From: a bacterium
GTDB taxonomy: Bacteria; Zhuqueibacterota; Zhuqueibacteria; Residuimicrobiales; Krinioviventaceae
Direction: 5' to 3'
NCBI GenBank assembly: GCA_963675755.2
Contig: CAXXMD010000002.1
Coordinates: 1,024,001-1,088,000 of the forward strand
DNA: 64,000 nt
The notes beneath the pieces are model-generated. The model was given only the letters and a program-made list of their open reading frames with translations. It made no database searches and was not told the origin of the DNA. This document shows positions 19,671 to 29,852 of this stretch, piece after piece (position 1 is the first letter of the stretch; every line of letters begins with the position of its first letter). A program made the translations under genes and the position numbers.

Positions 19671-21707
19671 TTATCTTGTTTTCAATTGAACAATTTCATT
19701 CAACAAGGTATCACTGGTTGTGATAATACGTGAATTTGCCTGAAAACCTCTCTGAGAAATAATCATATTTGCAAATTCTTCAGCAAGGTCAACATTAGAC
19801 ATTTCAAGATTTTCAGGTGCTATTTCAGCCTGAATAGTTGAACCTGCCCAACCACGGACCGGCATACCACTATTGGCGCCAACCTGAAAAACATTTTCAC
19901 CAACTTGGTCAAAACCCTGAGGATTATTAACAGTTGCTACAGCAACCTGGGCGATTGTCTGACTTACACCATTGGTGAAATGTCCGGTAATTGTTCCGGT
20001 TTCATCAAATGAAAAGTCATAAAGTTCACCCATTCCGTAACCATCCTGCATACTGGGTACAGCAGAGGTAGTGCTGTTAAACTGGGTCAAGCCATTAAAG
20101 TAACCTGCTTCACCAGGATCAAGAACAACTTCCATTGTGGCAGAACCATCACCTGGTTCAAAAGTTAATGGATTACCATCCTCAATCTCAATTGCTGACA
20201 AACTACCATCAGGATTAAACTTACAATAGCCTCTGTTACCGGCGGTTGGTTCAATTGTACCATCATCAATAGTACATTCCCATTTCCACAAGTCAGGGTC
20301 AGTCAATGTTGAAATATTGGTGAACTCGATTTCCAATGTATGAGGCGTACCTTTGGAATCATAAATCAAAATACTTGTAGTATGTACACCTGCATCCTGA
20401 CCTTCAATTTGAGTATTGAATGTAGGAGTAGAAACAGAGTTGTAATTCTGGTCTGTCATACTGATAGCACAAGTACGCTCAGAAACACCAGCTTCTGCAT
20501 CTGATACAGTTACATTACCAGCAGAATCGATTGTAACTTCGGCACCAGGGAAAACGGAATCAATTGCTGCTAACAAATCACCAACAGTACTGGGGTTACC
20601 CATACCGTCAGCGTCAGCCTGGTAAACAAATACACCGGATTTACCATAACCATCTTTATCAGCACCGTTGATATTGATTTCATCACCATCAACAAGAACA
20701 CCGTCAAAAAATGGAACATCATTCAACGAAGTTGTTGCAGTTGTTCCATATTCAGTCCCGGTTATACCCAAAGTTGAACCTGCATCTGAAAAAGTACCGC
20801 CAATAGTAATAAAAGTATCAGCACCACCGGTATCAGTTGTACGGATTCTGAGATAATCCATATCATTTTCTGTTATAGATTCAGCAACAATTTCACTAGT
20901 TAACTGGCGTGTTGAATCTATCTGATTATTGATTTCAGCTACCAATTCTTTCAATGTACCATAAGTACCATTTGTAAGTGTCAAAGTAGCAGTTAAACTT
21001 TCATCAGCATCATCATCAATAGAAATCTCTATCTGATTATTTGTATCATCAATTACAATACCATTGGGATCAGCAGCCAAAACATCTGCCCAGGAATTCA
21101 CACTGGTTACTGCGGCATTCTTGGAATAGTCAGCAGCAAGAACTTTGGAAACTTTACTGGTATCAGAATTCAAATTACCTGTTAATTGAACCTGAGAAGT
21201 GGCCTGTGCAGGCGCTTTTTGGCCAAAAGGTAAAGCGATACTCGAAATATCTGTAGAATTGGTTAAATCGCCTGTAGCATCGGCTGTACGTCCCTGTACA
21301 CGAAGACCGGTATTTCCATATACCAAATAACCGCTGCTGTCAATGGTAAAATTACCTGCACGGGTAAAGTATTCCTGTTCGCCATCGCTGAGTAAAAAGA
21401 ATGCATCTCCATCAATAGCGAGATCCAGACTGCTGCCTGTACTTTGAAAATCTCCCTGGGTAAAAAGTTTATCAATACTACCTATTGACATACCAATACC
21501 AACATATTGGGGATTCACACCACCTGTAGCTGAAGAAGGTTGAGAACCAATGGTAAGAGCTTGGGAAAGGTTTTCTTCGAAATTTACACGAGCTGCCTTG
21601 TAAGCAGTTGTGTTAACATTTGCAATATTATTACCAATTACGTCTAACTGGACTTGATGATTACGAAGTCCAGAGACCCCTGCGTATAATGAACGTAACA
21701 TTTTCAT
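19671..21707 (-). CDS. flgE: Flagellar hook protein FlgE, long form with acidic insertions
   Basis: MLRSLYAGVSGL..HQ..LDVIGNNIANVNT, DLAIDG, TRAGNF, LEMSNVDLAEEF..MIISQRGFQANS. Confidence 0.96.
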   Translation of the reverse strand: MKMLRSLYAGVSGLRNHQVQLDVIGNNIANVNTTAYKAARVNFEENLSQALTIGSQPSSATGGVNPQYVGIGMSIGSIDKLFTQGDFQSTGSSLDLAIDGDAFFLLSDGEQEYFTRAGNFTIDSSGYLVYGNTGLRVQGRTADATGDLTNSTDISSIALPFGQKAPAQATSQVQLTGNLNSDTSKVSKVLAADYSKNAAVTSVNSWADVLAADPNGIVIDDTNNQIEISIDDDADESLTATLTLTNGTYGTLKELVAEINNQIDSTRQLTSEIVAESITENDMDYLRIRTTDTGGADTFITIGGTFSDAGSTLGITGTEYGTTATTSLNDVPFFDGVLVDGDEININGADKDGYGKSGVFVYQADADGMGNPSTVGDLLAAIDSVFPGAEVTIDSAGNVTVSDAEAGVSERTCAISMTDQNYNSVSTPTFNTQIEGQDAGVHTTSILIYDSKGTPHTLEIEFTNISTLTDPDLWKWECTIDDGTIEPTAGNRGYCKFNPDGSLSAIEIEDGNPLTFEPGDGSATMEVVLDPGEAGYFNGLTQFNSTTSAVPSMQDGYGMGELYDFSFDETGTITGHFTNGVSQTIAQVAVATVNNPQGFDQVGENVFQVGANSGMPVRGWAGSTIQAEIAPENLEMSNVDLAEEFANMIISQRGFQANSRIITTSDTLLNEIVQLKTR

Positions 21708-21720
21708 ATCTCCTTAAATA

Positions 21721-21780
21721 GAGTTCTAAAACCGCATCTGTCATTCAGCGGTTTAGAGCCTCCCACTTGGGGTCCGGCCC
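21721..21780 (-). ncRNA. Candidate cis-regulatory two-hairpin RNA in the flgE 5' UTR
   Basis: GC-rich island in an AT-rich spacer; hairpins GGGCC-GGA-CC..GG-GA-GGCUC and UCUAAACCGC-UGAAUGACAGAU-GCGGUUUUAGA, just upstream of the AAGGAG RBS. Confidence 0.6.
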
Positions 21781-21792
21781 TTTTAATTCAAA

Positions 21793-22197
21793 TTAATTAA
21801 TTACTAGTGCACTATCGATATTTGTGAACACATTTTCACGTAAACCTTCACTGTCCATGGCAGTGATCACAGTTCGATTCGCAGCACTGACAACAAAGGC
21901 ATTGTTATCCATAAGAATCAGGGATTCATTTCCGCCTTTTTCAAGAATTTTGTCAATGCCGTTTTGCAATCGCATTCGGTCTTCATCAGATAATTGAATA
22001 TTCCTTTCCTGAATACGATTTTGCGCGTGTACGGAAAACTTTAGATCATCAGTCTGTTGACTGGTTTGTTGATCAAGAATTTCCTGAAAACTGGTTCCGA
22101 TTTGTGCCTGAGCATTAATACTTTTCTTAATTCGCTCAGCACCTGACGGTCCTCGGATACCAGAAATATTGTTTATGTTCTCAGGCAAAAAACTCAC
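21793..22197 (-). CDS. TIGR02530-family flagellar operon protein
   Basis: SFQEIL, LKFSVHAQNRIQERNI, KGGNESLILMD, NRTVITAMD, ENVFTNIDSA; between flgD and flgE; GTG start with GGAGG RBS. Confidence 0.9.
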   Translation of the reverse strand: MSFLPENINNISGIRGPSGAERIKKSINAQAQIGTSFQEILDQQTSQQTDDLKFSVHAQNRIQERNIQLSDEDRMRLQNGIDKILEKGGNESLILMDNNAFVVSAANRTVITAMDSEGLRENVFTNIDSALVIN

Positions 22198-22216
22198 CTC
22201 CTTTCAAAGATTTTTT

Positions 22217-22912
22217 TTATGATTCAGTATCTGTATTTTCTTCACTTTCTTCTGCTGCAACAATTTCAAGTACTTCACTGATAGAAATCTCTGCATCTCC
22301 GACCATAAAAGTTGGGGTGCCATCATTATAACGCAATCCAGTGACCGTTCCACGGAAAACGGGAACAAAATCAACCTTTTCACCACTGTCGTTATATGCT
22401 GCAACATCCATATAATAAACACCTTCGCTCACAGTACCACCACCTAAATTGGTACCATCCCAGGTTGCGGTTACATTTCCAGCATTCTGGTAATCCAAAT
22501 CAATTGTTTTAACCAGACTACCATCTTCAGTGTATATGGATACAGTTACATCTGAAGCATCTTCAGCTAGAGTAAATTCGACCTCTTTTTCACCACTTCC
22601 TGACCAAATGACAGAATCTGACTGGGCAAGAATATCTTTACCAATTACCGAAGACACTATAGAGTTATGCATTGACTGTGTCAGGTATGCATCTGTCTCA
22701 AGCTGTTCATTCACTGTATATAACTGTTCAAGTGAACTAAACTGTGCCAATTGGGCAACATACTCTGTGTTGTCCATAGGGTCTAAGGGATCCTGATATT
22801 TTAATTCAGTAACCATCAGGTTCAAAAAAGCATCTTTATCCATTTCACTGGATGCCGAGCTATCTGAATTTACACTGTATTCGTAATATGTACCAACCGA
22901 TGAAATTGGCAT
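22217..22912 (-). CDS. flgD: Hook capping protein FlgD
   Basis: DAFLNLMVTELKYQDPLDPMDNTEYVAQLAQFSSLEQ; Ig-like domain with WDGTN. Confidence 0.96.
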   Translation of the reverse strand: MPISSVGTYYEYSVNSDSSASSEMDKDAFLNLMVTELKYQDPLDPMDNTEYVAQLAQFSSLEQLYTVNEQLETDAYLTQSMHNSIVSSVIGKDILAQSDSVIWSGSGEKEVEFTLAEDASDVTVSIYTEDGSLVKTIDLDYQNAGNVTATWDGTNLGGGTVSEGVYYMDVAAYNDSGEKVDFVPVFRGTVTGLRYNDGTPTFMVGDAEISISEVLEIVAAEESEENTDTES

Positions 22913-22927
22913 AATAAACTCCTAAAT

Positions 22928-25900
22928 TTAAGCAAGGGTTTCATATACAGATTGAAACTCTGTATACTGTTTATCCGAGTTTCTGCTTTTTGAAATGGCA
23001 GAATTGTTTTGATTATTTTGCTGTTCCTGTCGCTGCCTGTTAAATGCATGCTGTCTTGACGCATCCTGCTGATCTGAATTCTCTGAATAGACAATGCGTA
23101 ATTCCTGTACCTGGATCTGAGATTTTGATAATGTTTGTCGTAATTCCGGCATTGCCTGTTCGAGCATACGTTGTGACTGTTCGGACTGAACTTTTAACAC
23201 AACCTGCACATCATTGTCTTGTTTAGTTAATTCTATTCTTATCAAACCCAATTCTGCAGTGCGAGCGCTTAGAGACAATTTCTCGTCAGCATTACGAGTC
23301 AACAACATCTCATATCCTTCATGGATCTGTTGACTGAGATATGATAACTCAGATTTGGAAGCAACAAGTGTTGCATTCATCTGACTTGAAAATGTTGCAT
23401 TGTTAACAGCAGAATTTGAAAATACTGTCTGACCTTTAAAATTTGATTGATCAGAAAGATTCTGTTCATTAGAGCCCATATCTTTTTGAAAATCTTCTGT
23501 AACAGCTTTTTCAGTAACCAGAGTTACAGGTTTGCCTGTTTGGGACTGATTCGAATTTGATTGCGATTTATTAACCGCTACGGATTTATTTTCAGATGGT
23601 GCAACATATACATGTTTATTTTCAACATTTTCCTTATCACTATTTACCTGTGATTGGAATGTTGTTTGAGTAGATACCTGTTTTTTAGTTGTATTCACAT
23701 CAGATTGTTCAACAGTTTGAGATGTTTCATTTACATTTTTCTCAATTTTAGCTATCATACTGCCTGTTACCTGACTTTTAGCTTTACCTTCTGAATCAGT
23801 AGATGAAAGTTGATTATCAGTTTCTTTCAAATCCGCATTACTCGCTTCTATACTACGGGTATTGGGCACAGCAAGCCTGGATTGAATTGTTTTATTTGTA
23901 TCAACTTTTGTTTGAGGTTCAGTTGCAGTTTTATCAAGTATAGTATTTTCATTAGATTTTGTATTATCCTGATTGATTTCTGTAATATTCTGATTCTGCA
24001 AAACCGTTTTATTATCCTGACTCTGAATTTTATTGTATTTGCTTTCAGTTTTTGGTGCAATAATTTTTTCAGGTTTTTCATCCAATACAGAATTCGATTT
24101 ACCTTTAACCGATTCAGTTTCAATATGTGAAATTGTTTTATATTCATTTTCACTTTTAACAGATACTGTTGCTGTTTTTATGGAATCTTTAGTTGCAAAA
24201 GTAGTAGTGACTTTTTTGTTTGAAACAGTACTGGTTGCCTTTTCCGGTGTTGTTTTCTCAATAATAACAGACTCTTTCTTTTGCCCGGCTAAATTATCAA
24301 CAATGCTTGGGGATTTTTTAGGTTCAGTATTATTTTTCGCAATAGAATCAGCTACAGCTTTATCATTCTGGGTAGAAACTGCCAAAGATTCCTGACCTTT
24401 TGATGAAACTACTTTTTTATCACTTTTTTCATTAACAAGTGTATTTTTTTGTTTATGATTTTGAACAGTTTCATTAACAATCGGTTTTATTTCTCCATCT
24501 GTATCAGTTATTAACTGCTTATTACTCTCATCCACTTGAACACTGTTGTCAATAATTGAAGCATTATTAGCAACTTTGGCTGGATTTGATTTATTTAATA
24601 CAGTCAAAGGTTTCTGATTTTCAGAATTTGTTACATTAACATTAGTATTATTTGCAACAATCTGTTCTTTTGCTTCAGCAACGGTTTGATTTAAAGTAGT
24701 ATTGGAAACTGCATTATTTTTAACCTGTGCTGTTTTTGCTTTAACAACTGATTGTGCTGGTGTAGAAACATTTTGAATTTTATTTTCATCATTAATTACT
24801 GAACTTTTAATTACATTGCTGACCGAATCACTTTTACTCTCTACCAATGGTGTAGCTGGTTGTGTTTTGGCAACATTATCAGATTGATTAGATTTCACAA
24901 TAAATTGCTTAATCTTGGTAATCACATTCTTGGTATCTACACCTTGATCATTTTTAGAAACAGACTTGACATCCGTATTTTTATCATTAGTTTTGATAGA
25001 TTCAGGTTTTGAATAGGTCATCAACTTCATTTCTCTTTTTGCCGCAAGCTTGTTAATTTCCGTATCAGCAAAAATATTCGTTTTAATTTCTTCAGGTATA
25101 GATTCAACTTTAACATTTGAATTGTTGGATGTAACTGTATCGATCTTTTTACTTTCGACTGTGTTTTGTTGAACTGCTACAGGTTTTGTATTTACTGTCT
25201 TGATAGTATTGACTTTAACAGAATCTGTAACCGGTTTAACAGATTCTATTTGTTTATCAGTACTAACTGATTGTACTGATGATTTGTTTTCTGCAGGAAC
25301 CTGATTTTGTTCAGTTGCAGTTTTCTGTATAGAAGGACTGGTTACATCAGCTTTATTATTTACAGTATTTTTAACAGTAGGTTCTATATTGATTTTATTA
25401 TCAGCTTTTTGCACAATTTTTGAATTGTCAGGAACCAGAGTTTCCTTTTTATTTGCTGTTATTACATTCCGAGTTTTTGACTCTGAATTTGCCAACGAAA
25501 CTTTATCATTTCGGACAATAGATTTATTTCCATCTTGAACAATTTCTTGAATCCGTGCATTGTTCATATCAGTCGATTTAGCAGTTACATTTTCTGATTT
25601 ACTATAGCTAACAGATTCAATAGCAGGATCAGACATTCTCAAAGATTCAGCTTTAACTTCATTACGGCCATTGTTTTGCAAAATTTTTATTAACTCTTTT
25701 GTATCAGCAGATTTAATCTCTTTTGTTTCAAGATTATTTTGAGTCTGAAGCTTGTTCGATATTTGATTATCAACTATATTTTCAACTTTGGGTGATGCTT
25801 GCAAATCATTTTTTACTGTGGAATTATCTTGAACGGGTTTATTTACAACCACAGTTGTATCTTTTACATCTTTTGCATCAATAGTTTTACCGTTATCAAC

Positions 25901-27193
25901 TTTTACACTTGTTTCATTATCATTATTCTGTACAATTGGTGCAGAATTATTACGGATGCGTTCAACAACAGATACCGTTGAAGATTTTCTATTATTCTCG
26001 TTATTTATAAAAGCACTTGCTTCTTTAATGGATTGATTGTTATTGTTCAATACCGTTCTAGTTTCTTCACTTTGTGAATCAGATATCTTTTGTTCATTTG
26101 TAGTCAAAGAATCTTTGGGTATTGATTTTACCTTCTCATCGGTTTTCAAGTTGATACTGTTGTCAACGGTTTCAATAATAGTATTCTTAACAATAGTTGA
26201 ATTTTCAGATTGGTTCTGTTTTTGTGACAATGGGATACTTGCATTCGTAGTTTTTTTCTCGCCAGCATTGTCTAATTTTTCATCTGTAACTATTTTAGCA
26301 TCTGCTTTTACGGGCTGTATATCCTGATTACTTTTTTCAATTGTTGTTGCGGTTTTAACATTATTATTTATCACAGCAGTATTATTATCACTGTTTTGAT
26401 TTTCCTGTTTTATGACAGGAATTGAACTGGTTTTATTTGAATCACCTTTAATATTTTTTACTGATCCATGGGTATCATCAACTTTGACTGCTTGAAGCGG
26501 ACTATAACTTTTTTCAACAGATTTTGATTCTACTGTATCAATCATTTTTGCATCAGCATCTAATTGCTGTTTTTCAAAAATAGACACGGAATTCTTTAAA
26601 GTCACATCAGATTGTACCTGATTAGGTATACTAACAATATGTGGAGATTCAACAGTATTTGATTCAACATGAGCTTTTGATGATTTTTTAGGTTCATCTG
26701 TTGTTTGATTATTAGATTCATCAATAATTTCAGTTTTACTCAGTTCATCAGTTTTTACAGCTTTATCATTTGATGCAGATTTGGATTTATTTCCTGAAAC
26801 AACAGTTTTCGCATCATTTTTCACAACTGTTTTAGATTCATCTTTTCCTGTTTTAACTGAAACGGCTGGATTTATAATAAATTGTCTTACACGTTCAGTA
26901 TTTTCTGCTTTGAGTGCATTGGTATTGATTTCAGCAGTATTCGAATCAGAATTATTCACATTGCTTGTTGATATATCAATATTTTTAGTTTGTGTACCAT
27001 TAACATTTTTACCAAAAGTTGAAACTGTAGATTTCTGAACAGATTGAGTACTTTTAACATTACCCAACATCTGTTTGAAAACAGAATTACCGGCAGATTC
27101 AGCGGTTGCCTGTTGTTTTCCGGAAAATATTTGCATCAATCCACTGTTTTTAAATTTACTAAACAATTTCCCGATGCTTGTCATCTGTTTCAT
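22928..27193 (-). CDS. fliK: Very long hook-length control protein FliK
   Basis: About 1250 aa of S/T/N/K/V low complexity, then a Flg_hook-like domain (ELGLIRIEL..LEQAMPELRQTL); directly upstream of flgD. Confidence 0.85.
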   Translation of the reverse strand: MKQMTSIGKLFSKFKNSGLMQIFSGKQQATAESAGNSVFKQMLGNVKSTQSVQKSTVSTFGKNVNGTQTKNIDISTSNVNNSDSNTAEINTNALKAENTERVRQFIINPAVSVKTGKDESKTVVKNDAKTVVSGNKSKSASNDKAVKTDELSKTEIIDESNNQTTDEPKKSSKAHVESNTVESPHIVSIPNQVQSDVTLKNSVSIFEKQQLDADAKMIDTVESKSVEKSYSPLQAVKVDDTHGSVKNIKGDSNKTSSIPVIKQENQNSDNNTAVINNNVKTATTIEKSNQDIQPVKADAKIVTDEKLDNAGEKKTTNASIPLSQKQNQSENSTIVKNTIIETVDNSINLKTDEKVKSIPKDSLTTNEQKISDSQSEETRTVLNNNNQSIKEASAFINNENNRKSSTVSVVERIRNNSAPIVQNNDNETSVKVDNGKTIDAKDVKDTTVVVNKPVQDNSTVKNDLQASPKVENIVDNQISNKLQTQNNLETKEIKSADTKELIKILQNNGRNEVKAESLRMSDPAIESVSYSKSENVTAKSTDMNNARIQEIVQDGNKSIVRNDKVSLANSESKTRNVITANKKETLVPDNSKIVQKADNKINIEPTVKNTVNNKADVTSPSIQKTATEQNQVPAENKSSVQSVSTDKQIESVKPVTDSVKVNTIKTVNTKPVAVQQNTVESKKIDTVTSNNSNVKVESIPEEIKTNIFADTEINKLAAKREMKLMTYSKPESIKTNDKNTDVKSVSKNDQGVDTKNVITKIKQFIVKSNQSDNVAKTQPATPLVESKSDSVSNVIKSSVINDENKIQNVSTPAQSVVKAKTAQVKNNAVSNTTLNQTVAEAKEQIVANNTNVNVTNSENQKPLTVLNKSNPAKVANNASIIDNSVQVDESNKQLITDTDGEIKPIVNETVQNHKQKNTLVNEKSDKKVVSSKGQESLAVSTQNDKAVADSIAKNNTEPKKSPSIVDNLAGQKKESVIIEKTTPEKATSTVSNKKVTTTFATKDSIKTATVSVKSENEYKTISHIETESVKGKSNSVLDEKPEKIIAPKTESKYNKIQSQDNKTVLQNQNITEINQDNTKSNENTILDKTATEPQTKVDTNKTIQSRLAVPNTRSIEASNADLKETDNQLSSTDSEGKAKSQVTGSMIAKIEKNVNETSQTVEQSDVNTTKKQVSTQTTFQSQVNSDKENVENKHVYVAPSENKSVAVNKSQSNSNQSQTGKPVTLVTEKAVTEDFQKDMGSNEQNLSDQSNFKGQTVFSNSAVNNATFSSQMNATLVASKSELSYLSQQIHEGYEMLLTRNADEKLSLSARTAELGLIRIELTKQDNDVQVVLKVQSEQSQRMLEQAMPELRQTLSKSQIQVQELRIVYSENSDQQDASRQHAFNRQRQEQQNNQNNSAISKSRNSDKQYTEFQSVYETLA

Positions 27194-27204
27194 GCCAGTC
27201 TCCT

Positions 27205-28050
27205 CTACTGCACCATATACTTACAAATCTGTGTTGCTTTCCCAGGCTCCATTGCTTCAAGTATTTTGGCTGCCTGTCTCTCACGTATTTTCATTAACAT
27301 TTGCGCAGCGGTTTCAGAATCAAAATCAGCAAGAATCGTTGCTGCTTGTTTGGGTTTCATTGAACTATAAATTTTTGCACTATTTGCCAAAGCCTTATCA
27401 CGCTCTATCTTTTCCTGTTCAAGCTTGGCCAGTCTTGCCTGTTCTTTTTTAGCTTCAAGTTCCTGTTCAAGCTTTTTTTCTTCTATACTTGGAGTTGTAT
27501 CTTGAACAACAATTGTTTTGGGCTCTACTAACTTTAGTGAATCCAGTTCCTGTGACATCTGTTCGATATCAGCAGCTTGTTTTTTCAAATTTCTTAATTC
27601 ACTCCAGAGAAAATCAATTTCACGTTTCCTGCGACCATTTTCCATTTTGAGAATTTGCATATGATCTTCAACGGTTAAAAAACCTTCAGGAGGTACATAA
27701 TAGCCATTACCTTTTACGGTATCACCCAAAGATATTTCATGAATTGAATTTGAATCCACAGGGGCCATAGCCAAAGAATCAACATTCATGGTGGAATCCA
27801 CATCAACTACTGATTGATTTTGAAAAAGATCAAATGAATTTTGGTTTCGTTTATGAACTATAAAATACATAAATACAAATACAATAAAGAATGACCACAT
27901 TAGTGCAATACCCCACATGAGCAAATTCTTGGGGAGCCATTTTTTACCGCCTTCATCGTAATCATCAAAATCGGTAGGACCAAAATCCTCTACCTCTTCA
28001 TTCAAATCACTGGATTCATCATCAAATTGATTTTCGAATTCTTCATCCAT
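27205..28050 (-). CDS. MotE/FlbB/YlxF-like flagellar protein (TM, coiled coil, MgtE_N-like domain)
   Basis: AKIYSSMKPKQAATIL..RQAAKILEAMEP; position between fliJ and fliK. Confidence 0.8.
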   Translation of the reverse strand: MDEEFENQFDDESSDLNEEVEDFGPTDFDDYDEGGKKWLPKNLLMWGIALMWSFFIVFVFMYFIVHKRNQNSFDLFQNQSVVDVDSTMNVDSLAMAPVDSNSIHEISLGDTVKGNGYYVPPEGFLTVEDHMQILKMENGRRKREIDFLWSELRNLKKQAADIEQMSQELDSLKLVEPKTIVVQDTTPSIEEKKLEQELEAKKEQARLAKLEQEKIERDKALANSAKIYSSMKPKQAATILADFDSETAAQMLMKIRERQAAKILEAMEPGKATQICKYMVQ

Positions 28051-28053
28051 ATT

Positions 28054-28506
28054 CTATACTCTGTTACGTTTTCTAATTGAATCAATTACTGCGACCTCGT
28101 CAATGAACTTTTGTTCTTCAGCTTCGGCCAATTTCATATAACTTTCATATTGTTTTTCATCAAGCTTTTCAAGTATCTTTTTGTCTTTTTGTGCAGATAT
28201 TGCTTGAATTATTTTTTCATTTACAACTTTTTGTGCCTTTTGAATATTTTCAACTTGTAACTGTTTAAGTAATTGTTTCCCATCAATATTTCTATAGACT
28301 GTATTTAACAAAACAGACGACTGATGTTGTTCTTTTAATAATTGAATTAAAGCATTAGCTTCCATCTCTTCAGCTTTTAGTTTTTCAAGCTTTTCCATTT
28401 CCTGGTTTAATTGCTGAAATGCCTCAGCCAATTCTTTTTGCTTTTCCTTTTCTCTAATCTTTCTGACTTTTAAGACTTGTTCAAGTGAAAATTTATATCG
28501 TTTCAA
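28054..28506 (-). CDS. fliJ: Flagellar export chaperone FliJ
   Basis: YKFSLEQVLKVR, coiled coil, KILEKL, EQKFIDE; follows fliI. Confidence 0.9.
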   Translation of the reverse strand: MKRYKFSLEQVLKVRKIREKEKQKELAEAFQQLNQEMEKLEKLKAEEMEANALIQLLKEQHQSSVLLNTVYRNIDGKQLLKQLQVENIQKAQKVVNEKIIQAISAQKDKKILEKLDEKQYESYMKLAEAEEQKFIDEVAVIDSIRKRNRV

Positions 28507-28523
28507 TATTCTATCCAGTCTGT

Positions 28524-29852
28524 TTATTTAAATATGGTCAACAATTGTTCTATAGTCTGACTAAAATCCGCTTTTTCATATTGACGTTGTTTTAAAAATG
28601 TACGTATGTTTTCAATATGATTTATAGCAAAGTCAATTTTGGGATTATTGCCTTTAATATATGCGCCAATATTGATCAAATCTTCAGCTTCCTGATAAGT
28701 TGCAAGCGCATCTCTTAATTTTAATGCTGATAACAAATGCTTTTCCGGGATAATATCATTCATCACACGGCTTACACTTTGCAATACATCTATAGCAGGA
28801 TAATGATTCTGTTCTGCCAAGCGTCTGGACAAGACCATGTGTCCATCCAAAATAGATCGTACAGTATCAGCTATCGGATCATTCATATCATCACTCTCAA
28901 CCAAGACTGTATAAAATCCTGTTATACTGCCTTTATCAGACATACCGGCACGTTCAAGCAATCTTGGCATTAAAGCAAATACAGAAGGTGTATAACCTTT
29001 GGTAGTTGGAGGTTCACCCACAGCTAAACCAATTTCACGCTGAGCCATTGCAACACGGGTCACTGAATCCATCATTAATACTACCCGGTTTCCCTGATCT
29101 CTAAAAAACTCTGCAATAGAGGTGGCTATTTGTGCGCCACGGATTCTTAAAACGGCTGCCTGATCAGATGTTACAACTACAACAACTGATTTTTTCAATC
29201 CATCTTCGCCCAGACTGTTTTCAATAAATTCATTGACTTCACGCCCACGTTCACCAATCAGTGCAATAACATTTACATCAGCATTACTGCTCCTGGCAAT
29301 CATTCCTAATAATACACTCTTGCCAACACCACTTCCGGCAAATATTCCCATTCTCTGGCCTTCGCCACAAGTGATCATGCTGTCAATAGACCTTATGCCT
29401 GTTGTTAAAGGTTCTGTGATTCTGGGACGCGACAATGCAGATGGTGGATCCTGATTGATGTTGGCTTTCTCTGTAGTAATGATAGGGCCCTTGCCATCAA
29501 TAGGATTTCCATAACCATCCAGTACCCGTCCCAACAGATTGGTGCCAACCTGAAGTGTCAACGTTTGTTTCTCTGTTGATACTTTACAACCGGCACTTAT
29601 GCCATTTGTATCTGAAAATGGCATAAGCAGCACATGATCTCCATCAAGTCCAACAACTTCTGCAGCTTTTTTTTCACCAGGTGTTGTTGTCTCTATCCAG
29701 CAGATATTACCAACTGATACATTCGGACCACGAGATTCAACCAAAAGGCCTTTAACACGAGATACCTGACCTCTAAACTGAATGGCATTGCATTCTTCCA
29801 GAGCCTTGATAGCATTGTTCATAATCAAATTGTTATATTCAATCATTGCCAT
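28524..29852 (-). CDS. fliI: Flagellum-specific ATPase FliI
   Basis: Walker A GSGVGKS, LIGERGRE, MMDSVTR, GEPP; ATG at 29852 has a GGAG RBS. Confidence 0.97.
   Translation of the reverse strand: MAMIEYNNLIMNNAIKALEECNAIQFRGQVSRVKGLLVESRGPNVSVGNICWIETTTPGEKKAAEVVGLDGDHVLLMPFSDTNGISAGCKVSTEKQTLTLQVGTNLLGRVLDGYGNPIDGKGPIITTEKANINQDPPSALSRPRITEPLTTGIRSIDSMITCGEGQRMGIFAGSGVGKSVLLGMIARSSNADVNVIALIGERGREVNEFIENSLGEDGLKKSVVVVVTSDQAAVLRIRGAQIATSIAEFFRDQGNRVVLMMDSVTRVAMAQREIGLAVGEPPTTKGYTPSVFALMPRLLERAGMSDKGSITGFYTVLVESDDMNDPIADTVRSILDGHMVLSRRLAEQNHYPAIDVLQSVSRVMNDIIPEKHLLSALKLRDALATYQEAEDLINIGAYIKGNNPKIDFAINHIENIRTFLKQRQYEKADFSQTIEQLLTIFK

Noticed and set aside
21725-21757. Second flgE-leader hairpin as a simple terminator
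   Set aside because: The U4 run can pair with the upstream AAA/UCU, the loop is large and GA-patterned, and termination here would cut off the abundant hook protein; kept as a regulatory RNA candidate
22928-27193. Low-complexity region as a tandem repeat array or adhesin
   Set aside because: No periodic unit was seen; the C-terminal domain and position identify FliK
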